Source of the DNA: Lingula anatina
Taxonomy: Eukaryota; Animalia; Brachiopoda
DNA length: 64,000 bases
Reading direction: 5' to 3'
NCBI GenBank assembly: GCA_051362555.1
Contig: CM120649.1
Coordinates: forward strand, 10,478,001-10,542,000
Made by a program: the position numbers and the translations under genes
Notes under the pieces: model-generated
Databases searched by the model: none
What the model was told of the DNA's origin: nothing
The model's input: the letters and a program-made list of their open reading frames with translations, nothing else
Part shown: piece by piece, positions 28,101 through 43,500 of the stretch
How positions within the stretch are numbered: the first letter of the stretch is position 1
Layout: each line of letters opens with the position of its first letter

Positions 28101-31100
28101 CAATGTTTGTGAAATTTGTACAAATGATGCCTAATATCAGTAAAAATCTGAGATAAAATTATCAGTTGACTGTGTGTAATTAAAGTGACTTTTCAGACAA
28201 TATATTCGAGAAAATCGAAAATGACGTTGAAAACTTTGGCAAATTCCAAGGCTTAAAATAGTTAAACGTTAATAATTTTGACAAATCTGGTCCAATGTTT
28301 GTGAAATTTGTACAAATGATGCCTAATAACAGTAAAAATCTGAGATAAAATTATCAGTTGACTGTGTTTAATTAAAGTGATTTTTCAGACAATATATTTG
28401 AGAAAACCGAAAATTACGTTGAAAACATTGGCAAATTCCAAGGCTTAAAATAGTTAAACGTTAATAATTTTGACAAATCTGGTCCAATGTTTGTGAAATT
28501 TGTACAAATGATGCCTAATAACAATAAAAATCTGAAATAAGCTTACCACTTCACTGTTTCTAATTTAAGTGTATTTTATTAGCAATTGATTCCAGAAGAG
28601 TGAGAATTTATGAAAACAAATATTTCAATATTCCAATAAATCATTTTATCTCAAAACAAACCATCAGATGTGATGACTTGTGTTTGTTTGTGTAGGAAGT
28701 GGCAAATTACCTATTATTGTCTTCTGAAAAGCAACATATACCCAATCAAGATTTCTCCTTACTACCAATACCAGATGCAGATTCCTCCTTACAGTGGGTT
28801 TCTGGAATCAGGCTGTTAGAACACCATTTCACCATGTCCTAGATCTCCCACATATCATGTATTGTACACATGGATGAGACATAGCACTGCTCTTGATGTT
28901 GTCTTTCACTGCCTGTTTTTTCTATAGGCATTAACCATGAATAGACAGATAGAGTCCGTCCACCAACAAGCCACCAGGTTGCAAGGAAAGGTTTACCTGC
29001 AAAAAGGGCAAAGTCCATGGCGTAAAATATTTAAACGTTAATAATTTTAACAAATCTGGTCCAATGTTTGTGAAATTTGTACAAATGATGCCTAATAAAA
29101 ATAAAAATCTGACATAATCTAAGCAGTTGACTGTGTGAAATGAAAATGATTTTTCAGACAATATATTCGAGAAACCTCAAAATTACATTGAAAACATTGG
29201 TAAATTCCAAGGCTTAAAATAGTTAAACGTTAATAATTTTAACAAATCTGGTCATATGTTTGTGAAATTTGTACAAATGATGCCTAATAACAGTAAAAAT
29301 CTGAGATAAAATTATCAGTTGACTGTGTGTAATTAAAGTGACTTTTCAGACAATATATTCGAGAAAATGACGTTGAAAACTTTGGCAAATTCCAAGGCTT
29401 AAAATAGTTAAACGTTAATAATTTTGACAAATCTGGTCCAATGTTTGTGAAATTTGTACAAATGATGCCTAATATCAGTAAAAATCTGAGATAAAATTAT
29501 CAGTTGACTGTGTGTAATTAAAGTGATTTTTCAGACAATATATTTGAGAAAACCGAAAATTACGTTGAAAACATTGGCAAATTCCAAGGCTTAAAATAGT
29601 TAAACGTTAATAATTTTAACAAATATGGTCATATGTTTGTGAAATTTGTACAAATGATGCCTAATAACAGTAAAAGTCTGAGATAAAATTATCAGTTGAC
29701 TGTGTGTAATTAAAGTGACTTTTCAGACAATATATTTGAGAAAACCGAAAATTACGTTGAAAACATTGGCAAATTCCAAGGCTTAAAATAGTTAAACGTT
29801 AATAATTTTGACAAATCTGGTCCAATGTTTGTGAAATTTGTACAAATGATGCCTAATAACAATAAAAATCTGAAATAAGCTTATCACTTCACTGTTTCTA
29901 ATTTAAGTGTATTTTATTACCAATTGATTCCAGAAGAGTGAGAATTTATGAAAACAAATATTTCAATATTCCAATAAATCATTTTATCTCAAAACAAACC
30001 ATCAGATGTGATGACTTGTGTTTGTTTGTGTAGGAAGTGGCAAATTACCTATTATTGTCTTCTGAAAAGCAACATATACCCAATCAAGATTTCTCCTTAC
30101 TACCAATACCAGATGCAGATTCCTCCTTACAGTGGGTTTCTGGAATCAGGCTGTTAGAACACCATTTCACCATGTCCTAGATCTCCCACATATCATGTAT
30201 TGTACACATGGATGAGACATAGCACTGCTCTTGATGTTGTCTTTCACTGCCTGTTTTTTCTATAGGCATTAACCATGAATAGACAGATAGAGTCCGTCCA
30301 CCAACAAGCCACCAGGTTGCAAGGAAAGGTTTACCTGCAAAAAGGGCAAAGTCCATGGCGTAAAATATTTAAACGTTAATAATTTTAACAAATCTGGTCC
30401 AATGTTTGTGAAATTTGTACAAATGATGCCTAATAAAAATAAAAATCTGACATAATCTAAGCAGTTGACTGTGTGAAATGAAAATGATTTTTCAGACAAT
30501 ATATTCGAGAAACCTCAAAATTACTTTGAAAACATTGGTAAATTCCAAGGCTTAAAATAGTTAAACGTTAATAATTTTAACAAATCTGGTCATATGTTTG
30601 TGAAATTTGTACAAATGATGCCTAATAACAGTAAAAATCTGAGATAAAATTATCAGTTGACTGTGTGTAATTAAAGTGACTTTTCAGACAATATATTCGA
30701 GAAAATGACGTTGAAAACTTTGGCAAATTCCAAGGCTTAAAATAGTTAAACGTTAATAATTTTGACAAATCTGGTCCAATGTTTGTGAAATTTGTACAAA
30801 TGATGCCTAATATCAGTAAAAATCTGAGATAAAATTATCAGTTGACTGTGTGTAATTAAAGTGATTTTTCAGACAATATATTTCAGAAAACCGAAAATTA
30901 CGTTGAAAACATTGGCAAATTCCAAGGCTTAAAATAGTTAAACGTTAATAATTTTAACAAATATGGTCATATGTTTGTGAAATTTGTACAAATGATGCCT
31001 AATAATAGTAAAAGTCTGAGATAAAATTATCAGTTGACTGTGTGTAATTAAAGTGACTTTTCAGACAATATATTCGAGAAAATCGAAAATGACGTTGAAA

Positions 31101-34100
31101 ACTTTGGCAAATTCCAAGGCTTAAAATAGTTAAACGTTAATAATTTTTAACAAATATGGTCATATGTTTGTGAAATTTGTACAAATGATGCCTAATAACA
31201 GTAAAAGTCTGAGATAAAATTATCAGTTGACTGTGTGTAATTAAAGTGACTTTTCAGACAATATATTCGAGAAAATCGAAAATTACGTTGAAAACATTGG
31301 CAAATTCCAAGGCTTAAAATAGTTAAACGTTAATAATTTTGACAAATCTGGTCACATGTTTGTGAAATTTGTACAAATGATGCCTAATAACAATAAAAAT
31401 CTGAAATAAGCTTATCACTTCACTGTTTCTAATTTAAGTGTATTTTATTACCAATTGATTCCAGAAGAGTGAGAATTTATGAAAACAAATATTTCTATAT
31501 TCCAATAAATCATTTTATCTCAAATAAAACATCAGATGTGATGACTTGTGTTTGTTTGTGTAGGAAGTGGCAAATTACCTATTATTGTCTTCTAAAAAGC
31601 AACATATACCCAATCAAGACTTCTCCTTACTACCAATACCAGATGCAGATTCCTCCTTACAGTGGGTTTCTGGAATCAGGCTGTTAGAACACCATTTCAC
31701 CATGTCCTAGATCTTCCCACATATCAAGTATTGTACACATGGATGAGACATAGCACTGCTCTTGATGTTGTCTTTCACTGCCCGTTTTTTTTCTACACGC
31801 ATTAACCATGAATAGACAGATAGAGTCTGTCAACCAACAAGCCACCAGGCCGCAAGGAAAGTTTTACCTGGAAAAAGGGCAAAGTCCATGGCTTAAAATA
31901 GTTAAACGTTAATAATTTTGACAAATCTGGTCATATGTTTGTGAAATTTGTACAAATGATGCCTAATATCAATAAAAATCTGAAATAAGTTGATCACTTC
32001 ACTATTTCTAATTTAAGTGTATTTTATTACCAATTGATTTTGGAAGAGTGAGAATTTATCAAAAGCAAATATTTTAATATTCCAATAAATCATTTTATCT
32101 CAAATAAAACATCAGATGTGATGACTTGTGTTTGTTTGTGTAGGAAGTGGCAAATTACCTATTATTGTCTTCTGAAAAGCAACATATACCCAACCAAGAC
32201 TTCTCATTACTACCAATACCAGATGCAGATTCCTCCTAACAGTGGGTTTCTGGAATCAGGCTGTTAGAACACCATTTCACCATGTCCTAGATCTCCCACA
32301 TATCATGTATTGTACACATGGATGAGACATAGCACTGCTCTTGATGTTGTCCTTCTCTGCCTGTTTTTTCTATAGGCATTAACCATGAATAGACAGATAG
32401 AGTCCGTCCACCAACAAGCCACCAGGCTGCAAGGAAAGGTTTACCTGCAAAAAGGGCAAAGTCCATGGCGTAAAATATTTAAACGTTAATAATTTTAACA
32501 AATCTGGTCCAATGTTTGTGAAATTTGTACAAATGATGCCTAATATCAGTAAAAATCTGAGATAAAATTATCAGTTGACTGTGTTTAATTAAAGTGATTT
32601 TTCAGACAATATATTTGAGAAAACCGAAAATTACGTTGAAAACATTGGCAAATTCCAAGGCTTAAAATAGTTAAACGTTAATAATTTTGACAAATCTGGT
32701 CACATGTTTGTGAAATTTGTACAAATGATGCCTAATAACAATAAAAATCTGAAATAAGCTTATCACTTCACTGTTTCTAATTTAAGTGTATTTTATTACC
32801 AATTGATTCCAGAAGAGTGAGAATTTATGAAAACAAATATTTCTATATTCCAATAAATCATTTTATCTCAAATAAAACATCAGATGTGATGACTTGTGTT
32901 TGTTTGTGTAGGAAGTGGCAAATTACCTATTATTGTCTTCTAAAAAGCAACATATACCCAATCAAGACTTCTCCTTACTACCAATACCAGATGCAGATTC
33001 CTCCTTACAGTGGGTTTCTGGAATCAGGCTGTTAGAACACCATTTCACCATGTCCTAGATCTTCCCACATATCAAGTATTGTACACATGGATGAGACATA
33101 GCACTGCTCTTGATGTTGTCTTTCACTGCCCGTTTTTTTTCTACACGCATTAACCATGAATAGACAGATAGAGTCTGTCAACCAACAAGCCACCAGGCCG
33201 CAAGGAAAGTTTTACCTGGAAAAAGGGCAAAGTCCATGGCTTAAAATAGTTAAACGTTAATAATTTTGACAAATCTGGTCATATGTTTGTGAAATTTGTA
33301 CAAATGATGCCTAATATCAATAAAAATCTGAAATAAGTTGATCACTTCACTATTTCTAATTTAAGTGTATTTTATTACCAATTGATTTTGGAAGAGTGAG
33401 AATTTATCAAAAGCAAATATTTTAATATTCCAATAAATCATTTTATCTCAAATAAAACATCAGATGTGATGACTTGTGTTTGTTTGTGTAGGAAGTGGCA
33501 AATTACCTATTATTGTCTTCTGAAAAGCAACATATACCCAACCAAGACTTCTCATTACTACCAATACCAGATGCAGATTCCTCCTAACAGTGGGTTTCTG
33601 GAATCAGGCTGTTAGAACACCATTTCACCATGTCCTAGATCTCCCACATATCATGTATTGTACACATGGATGAGACATAGCACTGCTCTTGATGTTGTCC
33701 TTCTCTGCCTGTTTTTTCTATAGGCATTAACCATGAATAGACAGATAGAGTCCGTCCACCAACAAGCCACCAGGCTGCAAGGAAAGGTTTACCTGCAAAA
33801 AGGGCAAAGTCCATGGCGTAAAATATTTAAACGTTAATAATTTTAACAAATCTGGTCCAATGTTTGTGAAATTTGTACAAATGATGCCTAATAAAAATAA
33901 AAATCTGACATAATCTAAGCAGTTGACTGTGTGAAATGAAAATGATTTTTCAGACCATATATTCGAGAAACCTCAAAATTACATTGAAAACATTGGTAAA
34001 TTCCAAGGCTTAAAATAGTTAAACGTTAATAATTTTAACAAATATGGTCATATGTTTGTGAAATTTGTACAAATGATGCCTAATAACAGTAAAAATCTGA

Positions 34101-37062
34101 GATAAAATTATCAGTTGACTGTGTGTAATTAAAGTGACTTTTCAGACAATATATTCGAGAAAATGACGTTGAAAACTTTGGCAAATTCCAAGGCTTAAAA
34201 TAGTTAAACGTTAATAATTTTGACAAATCTGGTCCAATGTTTGTGAAATTTGTACAAATGATGCCTAATATCAGTAAAAATCTGAGATAAAATTATCAGT
34301 TGACTGTGTGTAATTAAAGTGATTTTTCAGACAATATATTTGAGAAAACCGAAAATTACGTTGAAAACATTGGCAAATTCCAAGGCTTAAAATAGTTAAA
34401 CGTTAATAATTTTAAGAAATCTGGTCATATGTTTGTGAAATTTGTACAAATGATGCCTAATAACAGTAAAAGTCTGAGATAAAATTATCAGTTGACTGTG
34501 TGTAATTAAAGTGACTTTTCAGACAATATATTCGAGAAAATCGAAAATGACGTTGAAAACTTTGGCAAATTCCAAGGCTTAAAATAGTTAAACGTTAATA
34601 ATTTTGACAAATCTGGTCCAATGTTTGTGAAATTTGTACAAATGATGCCTAATATCAGTAAAAATCTGAGATAAAATTATCAGTTGACTGTGTTTAATTA
34701 AAGTGATTTTTCAGACAATATATTTGAGAAAACCGAAAATTACGTTGAAAACATTGGCAAATTCCAAGGCTTAAAATAGTTAAACGTTAATAATTTTGAC
34801 AAATCTGGTCCAATGTTTGTGAAATTTGTACAAATGATGCCTAATAACAATAAAAATCTGAAATAAGCTTATCACTTCACTGTTTCTAATTTAAGTGTAT
34901 TTTATTACCAATTGATTCCAGAAGAGTGAGAATTTATGAAAACAAATATTTCAATATTCCAATAAATCATTTTATCTCAAAACAAACCATCAGATGTGAT
35001 GACTTGTGTTTGTTTGTGTAGGAAGTGGCAAATTACCTATTATTGTCTTCTGAAAAGCAACATATACCCAATCAAGATTTCTCCTTACTACCAATACCAG
35101 ATGCAGATTCCTCCTTACAGTGGGTTTCTGGAATCAGGCTGTTAGAACACCATTTCACCATGTCCTAGATCTCCCACATATCATGTATTGTACACATGGA
35201 TGAGACATAGCACTGCTCTTGATGTTGCCCTTCACTGCCTGTTTTTTCTATAGGCATTAACCATGAATAGACAGATAGAGTCTGTCCACCAACAAGCCAC
35301 CAGGCTGCAAGGAAAGGTTTACCTGCAAAAAGGGCAAAGTCCATGGCGTAAAATATTTAAACGTTAATAATTTTAACAAATCTGGTCCAATGTTTGTGAA
35401 ATTTGTACAAATGATGCCTAATAAAAATAAAAATCTGACATAATCTAAGCAGTTGACTGTGTGAAATGAAAATGATTTTTCAGACAATATATTCGAGAAA
35501 CCTCAAAATTACATTGAAAACATTGGTAAATTCCAAGGCTTAAAATAGTTAAACGTTAATAATTTTAACAAATATGGTCATATGTTTGTGAAATTTGTAC
35601 AAATGATGCCTAATAACAGTAAAAAACTGAGATAAAATTATCAGTTGACTGTGTGTAATTAAAGTGACTTTTCAGACAATATATTCGAGAAAATGACGTT
35701 GAAAACTTTGGCAAATTCCAAGGCTTAAAATAGTTAAACGTTAATAATTTTGACAAATCTGGTCCAATGTTTGTGAAATTTGTACAAATGATGCCTAATA
35801 TCAGTAAAAATCTGAGATAAAATTATCAGTTGACTGTGTGTAATTAAAGTGATTTTTCAGACAATATATTTGAGAAAACCGAAAATTACGTTGAAAACAT
35901 TGGCAAATTCCAAGGCTTAAAATAGTTAAACGTTAATAATTTTAAGAAATCTGGTCATATGTTTGTGAAATTTGTACAAATGATGCCTAATAACAGTAAA
36001 AATCTGAGATAAAATTATCAGTTGACTGTGTGTAATTAAAGTGACTTTTCAGACAATATATTCGAGAAAATCGAAAATGACGTTGAAAACTTTGGCAAAT
36101 TCCAAGGCTTAAAATAGTTAAACGTTAATAATTTTGACAAATCTGGTCCAATGTTTGTGAAATTTGTACAAATGATGCCTAATATCAGTAAAAATCTGAG
36201 ATAAAATTATCAGTTGACTGTGTTTAATTAAAGTGTATTTTATTACCAATTGATTCCAGAAGAGTGAGAATTTATGAAAACAAATATTTCAATATTCCAA
36301 TAAATCATTTTATCTCAAAACAAACCATCAGATGTGATGACTTGTGTTTGTTTGTGTAGGAAGTGGCAAATTACCTATTATTGTCTTCTGAAAAGCAACA
36401 TATACCCAATCAAGATTTCTCCTTACTACCAATACCAGATGCAGATTCCTCCTTACAGTGGGTTTCTGGAATCAGGCTGTTAGAACACCATTTCACCATG
36501 TCCTAGATCTCCCACATATCATGTATTGTACACATGGATGAGACATAGCACTGCTCTTGATGTTATCCTTCACTGCCTGTTTTTTCTATAGGCATTAACC
36601 ATGAATAGACAGATAGAGTCCGTCCACCAACAAGCCACCAGGCTGCAAGGAAAGGTTTACCTGGAAAAAGGGCAAAGTCCATGGCGTAAAATATTTAAAC
36701 GTTAATAATTTTAACAAATCTGGTCCAATGTTTGTGAAATTTGTACAAATGATGCCTAATAACAGTAAAAGTCTGAGATAAAATTATCAGTTGACTGTGT
36801 GTAATTAAAGTGACTTTTCAGACAATATATTCGAGAAAATCGAAAATGACGTTGAAAACTTTGGCAAATTCCAAGGCTTAAAATAGTTAAACGTTAATAA
36901 TTTTGACAAATCTGGTCCAATGTTTGTGAAATTTGTACAAATGATGCCTAATATCAGTAAAAATCTGAGATAAAATTATCAGTTGACTGTGTTTAATTAA
37001 AGTGATTTTTCAGACAATATATTTGAGAAAACCGAAAATTACGTTGAAAACATTGGCAAATT
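4116..37062 (+). repeat. Three tandem copies of a 10.5-11.3 kb higher-order repeat (4116-15222, 15223-25752, 25753-37062)
   Basis: Constant offset of 11,299 for five ORF markers (6526/17825, 8247/19546, 9585/20884, 10977/22276, 13417/24716). Each copy opens with an L2 carrying gagtttgtcaacc and an L3 carrying gtccatccacc, whereas the internal L2-L3 pair has gagtctgtcaacc and gtccgtccacc. Confidence 0.9.
31307..33850 (+). repeat. Local 1348-bp tandem duplication (L2-L3-B)
   Basis: Offset 31469->32817 = 1348 = 579+577+192. Both copies share the variant cctaatatcaataaaaatctgaaataagttg. Confidence 0.88.
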
Positions 37063-40000
37063 CCAAGGCTTAAAATAGTTAAACGTTAATAATTTTGACA
37101 AATCTGGTCACATGTTTGTGAAATTTGTACAAATGATGCCTAATAACAATAAAAATCTGAAATAAGCTTATCACTTCACTGTTTCTAATTTAAGTGTATT
37201 TTATTAGCAATTGATTCCAGAAGAGTGAGAATTTATGAAAACAAATATTTCAATATTCCAATAAATCATTTTATCTCAAAACAAACCATCAGATGTGATG
37301 TCTTGTGTTTGTTTGTGTAGGAAGTGGCAAATTACCTATTATTGTCTTCTGAAAAGCAACATATACCCAATCAAGATTTCTCCTTACTACCAATACCAGA
37401 TGCAGATTCCTCCTTACAGTGGGTTTCTGGAATCAGGCTGTTAGAACACCATTTCACCATGTCCTAGATCTCCCACATATCATGTATTGTACACATGGAT
37501 GAGACATAGCACTGCTCTTGATGTTGCCCTTCACTGCCTGTTTTTTCTATAGGCATTAACCATGAATAGACAGATAGAGTCTGTCCACCAACAAGCCACC
37601 AGGCTGCAAGGAAAGGTTTACCTGCAAAAAGGGCAAAGTCCATGGCGTAAAATATTTAAACGTTAATAATTTTAACAAATCTGGTCCAATGTTTGTGAAA
37701 TTTGTACAAATGATGCCTAATAAAAATAAAAATCTGACATAATCTAAGCAGTTGACTGTGTGAAATGAAAATGATTTTTCAGACAATATATTCGAGAAAC
37801 CTCAAAATTACATTGAAAACATTGGTAAATTCCAAGGCTTAAAATAGTTAAACGTTAATAATTTTAACAAATATGGTCATATGTTTGTGAAATTTGTACA
37901 AATGATGCCTAATAACAGTAAAAAACTGAGATAAAATTATCAGTTGACTGTGTGTAATTAAAGTGACTTTTCAGACAATATATTCGAGAAAATGACGTTG
38001 AAAACTTTGGCAAATTCCAAGGCTTAAAATAGTTAAACGTTAATAATTTTGACAAATCTGGTCCAATGTTTGTGAAATTTGTACAAATGATGCCTAATAT
38101 CAGTAAAAATCTGAGATAAAATTATCAGTTGACTGTGTGTAATTAAAGTGATTTTTCAGACAATATATTTGAGAAAACCGAAAATTACGTTGAAAACATT
38201 GGCAAATTCCAAGGCTTAAAATAGTTAAACGTTAATAATTTTAAGAAATCTGGTCATATGTTTGTGAAATTTGTACAAATGATGCCTAATAACAGTAAAA
38301 ATCTGAGATAAAATTATCAGTTGACTGTGTGTAATTAAAGTGACTTTTCAGACAATATATTCGAGAAAATCGAAAATGACGTTGAAAACTTTGGCAAATT
38401 CCAAGGCTTAAAATAGTTAAACGTTAATAATTTTGACAAATCTGGTCCAATGTTTGTGAAATTTGTACAAATGATGCCTAATATCAGTAAAAATCTGAGA
38501 TAAAATTATCAGTTGACTGTGTTTAATTAAAGTGTATTTTATTACCAATTGATTCCAGAAGAGTGAGAATTTATGAAAACAAATATTTCAATATTCCAAT
38601 AAATCATTTTATCTCAAAACAAACCATCAGATGTGATGACTTGTGTTTGTTTGTGTAGGAAGTGGCAAATTACCTATTATTGTCTTCTGAAAAGCAACAT
38701 ATACCCAATCAAGATTTCTCCTTACTACCAATACCAGATGCAGATTCCTCCTTACAGTGGGTTTCTGGAATCAGGCTGTTAGAACACCATTTCACCATGT
38801 CCTAGATCTCCCACATATCATGTATTGTACACATGGATGAGACATAGCACTGCTCTTGATGTTATCCTTCACTGCCTGTTTTTTCTATAGGCATTAACCA
38901 TGAATAGACAGATAGAGTCCGTCCACCAACAAGCCACCAGGCTGCAAGGAAAGGTTTACCTGGAAAAAGGGCAAAGTCCATGGCGTAAAATATTTAAACG
39001 TTAATAATTTTAACAAATCTGGTCCAATGTTTGTGAAATTTGTACAAATGATGCCTAATAACAGTAAAAGTCTGAGATAAAATTATCAGTTGACTGTGTG
39101 TAATTAAAGTGACTTTTCAGACAATATATTCGAGAAAATCGAAAATGACGTTGAAAACTTTGGCAAATTCCAAGGCTTAAAATAGTTAAACGTTAATAAT
39201 TTTGACAAATCTGGTCCAATGTTTGTGAAATTTGTACAAATGATGCCTAATATCAGTAAAAATCTGAGATAAAATTATCAGTTGACTGTGTTTAATTAAA
39301 GTGATTTTTCAGACAATATATTTGAGAAAACCGAAAATTACGTTGAAAACATTGGCAAATTCCAAGGCTAAAAATAGTTAAACGTTAATAATTTTGACAA
39401 ATCTGGTCACATGTTTGTGAAATTTGTACAAATGATGCCTAATAACAATAAAAATCTGAAATAAGCTTATCACTTCACTGTTTCTAATTTAAGTGTATTT
39501 TATTAGCAATTGATTCCAGAAGAGTGAGAATTTATGAAAACAAATATTTCAATATTCCAATAAATCATTTTATCTCAAAACAAACCATCAGATGTGATGA
39601 CTTGTGTTTGTTTGTGTAGGAAGTGGCAAATTACCTATTATTGTCTTCTGAAAAGCAACATATACCCAATCAAGATTTCTCCTTACTACCAATACCAGAT
39701 GCAGATTCCTCCTTACAGTGGGTTTCTGGAATCAGGCTGTTAGAACACCATTTCACCATGTCCTAGATCTCCCACATATCATGTATTGTACACATGGATG
39801 AGACATAGCACTGCTCTTGATGTTGTCCTTCACTGCCTGTTTTTTCTATAGGCATTAACCATGAATAGACAGATAGAGTCCGTCCACCAACAAGCCACCA
39901 GGCTGCAAGGAAAGGTTTACCTGCAAAAAGGGCAAAGTCCATGGCGTAAAATATTTAAACGTTAATAATTTTAACAAATCTGGTCCAATGTTTGTGAAAT

Positions 40001-40500
40001 TTGTACAAATGATGCCTAATAAAAATAAAAATCTGACATAATCTAAGCAGTTGACTGTGTGAAATGAAAATGATTTTTCAGACAATATATTCGAGAAACC
40101 TCAAAATTACATTGAAAACATTGGTAAATTCCAAGGCTTAAAATAGTTAAACGTTAATAATTTTAACAAATATGGTCATATGTTTGTGAAATTTGTACAA
40201 ATGATGCCTAATAACAGTAAAAAACTGAGATAAAATTATCAGTTGACTGTGTGTAATTAAAGTGACTTTTCAGACAATATATTCGAGAAAATGACGTTGA
40301 AAACTTTGGCAAATTCCAAGGCTTAAAATAGTTAAACGTTAATAATTTTGACAAATCTGGTCCAATGTTTGTGAAATTTGTACAAATGATGCCTAATATC
40401 AGTAAAAATCTGACATAAAATTATCAGTCGACTGTGTGTAATTAAAGTGATTTTTCAGACAATATATTTGAGAAAACCGAAAATTACGTTGAAAACATTG
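34764..40500 (+). repeat. 2299-bp higher-order repeat, about 2.5 tandem copies
   Basis: Anchors at 34764, 37063, 39362; ORF offsets 35257->37556->39855; 2299 = 2x577 + 5x192 + 185. Confidence 0.9.
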
Positions 40501-43500
40501 GCAAATTCCAAGGCTTAAAATAGTTAAACGTTAATAATTTTAACAAATCTGGTCATATGTTTGTGAAATTTGTACAAATGATGCCTAATAACAGTAAAAG
40601 TCTGAGATAAAATTATCAGTTGACTGTGTGTAATTAAAAAGATTTTTTTAGACAATATATTCGAGAAAATCAAAAATGACGTTGAAAACTTTGGCAAATT
40701 CCAAGGCTTAAAATAGTTAAACGTTAATAATTTTGACAAATCTGGTCTAATGTTTGTGAAATTTGTACAAATGATGCCTAATAACAGTAAAAATCTGAGA
40801 TAAAATTATCAGTTGACTGTGTTTAATTAAAGTGATTTTTTAGACAATATATTTGAGAAAACCGAAAATTACGTTGAAAACATTGGCAAATTCCAAGGCT
40901 TAAAATAGTTAAACGTTAATAATTTTGACAAATCTGGTCACATGTTTGTGAAATTTGTACAAATGATGCCTAATAACAATAAAAATCTGAAATAAGCTTA
41001 TCACTTCACTGTTTCTAATTTAAGTGTATTTTATTACCAATTGATTACAGAAAAGTGAGAATTTATGAAAACAAATATTTCAATATTCCAATAAATCATT
41101 TTATCTCAAATAAAACATCAGATGTGATGACTTGTGTTTGTTTGTGTAGGAAGTGGCAAATTACCTATTATTGTCTTCTAAAAAGCAACATATACCCAAT
41201 CAAGACTTCTCCTTACTACCAATACCAGATGCAGATTCCTCCTTACAGTGGGTTTCTGGAATCAGGCTGTTAGAACACCATTTCACCATGTCCTAGATCT
41301 TCCCACATATCAAGTATTGTACACATGGATGAGACATAGCACTGCTCTTGATGTTGTCTTTCACTGCCCGCTTTTTTTCTACACGCATTAACCATGAATA
41401 GACAGATAGAGACCGTCAACCAACAAGCCACCAGGCCGCAAGGAAAGTTTTACCTGGAAAAAGGACAAAGTCCATGGCTTAAAATAGTTAAACGTTAATA
41501 ATTTTGACAAATCTGGTCACATGTTTGTGAAATTTGTACAAATGATGCCTAATAACAATAAAAATCTGAAATAAGCTTATCACTTCACTGTTTCTAATTT
41601 AAGTGTATTTTATTAGCAATTGATTCCAGAAGAGTGAGAATTTATGAAAACAAATATTTCAATATTCCAATAAATCATTTTATCTCAAAACAAACCATCA
41701 GATGTGATGACTTGTGTTTGTTTGTGTAGGAAGTGGCAAATTACCTATTATTGTCTTCTGAAAAGCAACATATACCCAATCAAGATTTCTCCTTACTACC
41801 AATACCAGATGCAGATTCCTCCTTACAGTGGGTTTCTGGAATCAGGCTGTTAGAACACCATTTCACCATGTCCTAGATCTCCCACATATCATGTATTGTA
41901 CACATGGATGAGACATAGCACTGCTCTTGATGTTGTCCTTCACTGCCTGTTTTTTCTATAGGCATTAACCATGAATAGACAGATAGAGTCCGTCCACCAA
42001 CAAGCCACCAGGCTGCAAGGAAAGGTTTACTTGCAAAAAGGGCAAAGTCCATGGCGTAAAATATTTAAACGTTAATAATTTTGACAAATATGGTTTAATA
42101 TTTGTGAAATTCGAAAAAAAAGTGCATAAGAGCAATAAAAATCTGACATAAGCTTATCAGTTGACTATGTGTAATCAAAGTGACTTATTGCACAATATAT
42201 TCGAGAAAATCGAAAATGACGTTGAAAACTTTGGCAAATTCCAAGGCTTAAAATAGTTAAACGTTAATAATTTTGACAAATCTGGTCCAATGTTTGTGAA
42301 ATTTGTACAAATGATGCCTAATATCAGTAAAAATCTGAGATAAAATTATCAGTTGACTGTGTTTAATTAAAGTGATTTTTCAGACAATATATTTGAGAAA
42401 ACCGAAAATTACGTTGAAAACATTGGCAAATTCCAAGGCTTAAAATAGTTAAACGTTAATAATTTTGACAAATCTGGTCCAATGTTTGTGAAATTTGTAC
42501 AAATGATGCCTAATAACAATAAAAATCTGAAATAAGCTTATCACTTCACTGTTTCTAATTTAAGTGTATTTTATTACCAATTGATTACAGAAAAGTGAGA
42601 ATTTATGAAAACAAATATTTCAATATTCCAATAAATCATTTTATCTCAAATAAAACATCAGATGTGATGACTTGTGTTTGTTTGTGTAGGAAGTGGCAAA
42701 TTACCTATTATTGTCTTCTAAAAAGCAACATATACCCAATCAAGACTTCTCCTTACTACCAATACCAGATGCAGATTCCTCCTTACAGTGGGTTTCTGGA
42801 ATCAGGCTGTTAGAACACCATTTCACCATGTCCTAGATCTTCCCACATATCAAGTATTGTACACATGGATGAGACATAGCACTGCTCTTGATGTTGTCTT
42901 TCACTGCCCGTTTTTTTTCTACACGCATTAACCATGAATAGACAGATAGAGTCCGTCAACCAACAAGCCACCAGGCCGCAAGGAAAGTTTTACCTGGAAA
43001 AAGGGCAAAGTCCATGGCTTAAAATAGTTAAACGTTAATAATTTTGACAAATCTGGTCACATGTTTGTGAAATTTGTACAAATGATGCCTAATAACAATA
43101 AAAATCTGAAATAAGCTTATCACTTCACTGTTTCTAATTTAAGTGTATTTTATTAGCAATTGATTCCAGAAGAGTGAGAATTTATGAAAACAAATATTTC
43201 AATATTCCAATAAATCATTTTATCTCAAAACAAACCATCAGATGTGATGACTTGTGTTTGTTTGTGTAGGAAGTGGCAAATTACCTATTATTGTCTTCTG
43301 AAAAGCAACATATACCCAATCAAGATTTCTCCTTACTACCAATACCAGATGCAGATTCCTCCTTACAGTGGGTTTCTGGAATCAGGCTGTTAGAACACCA
43401 TTTCACCATGTCCTAGATCTCCCACATATCATGTATTGTACACATGGATGAGACATAGCACTGCTCTTGATGTTGTCCTTCTCTGCCTGTTTTTTCTATA

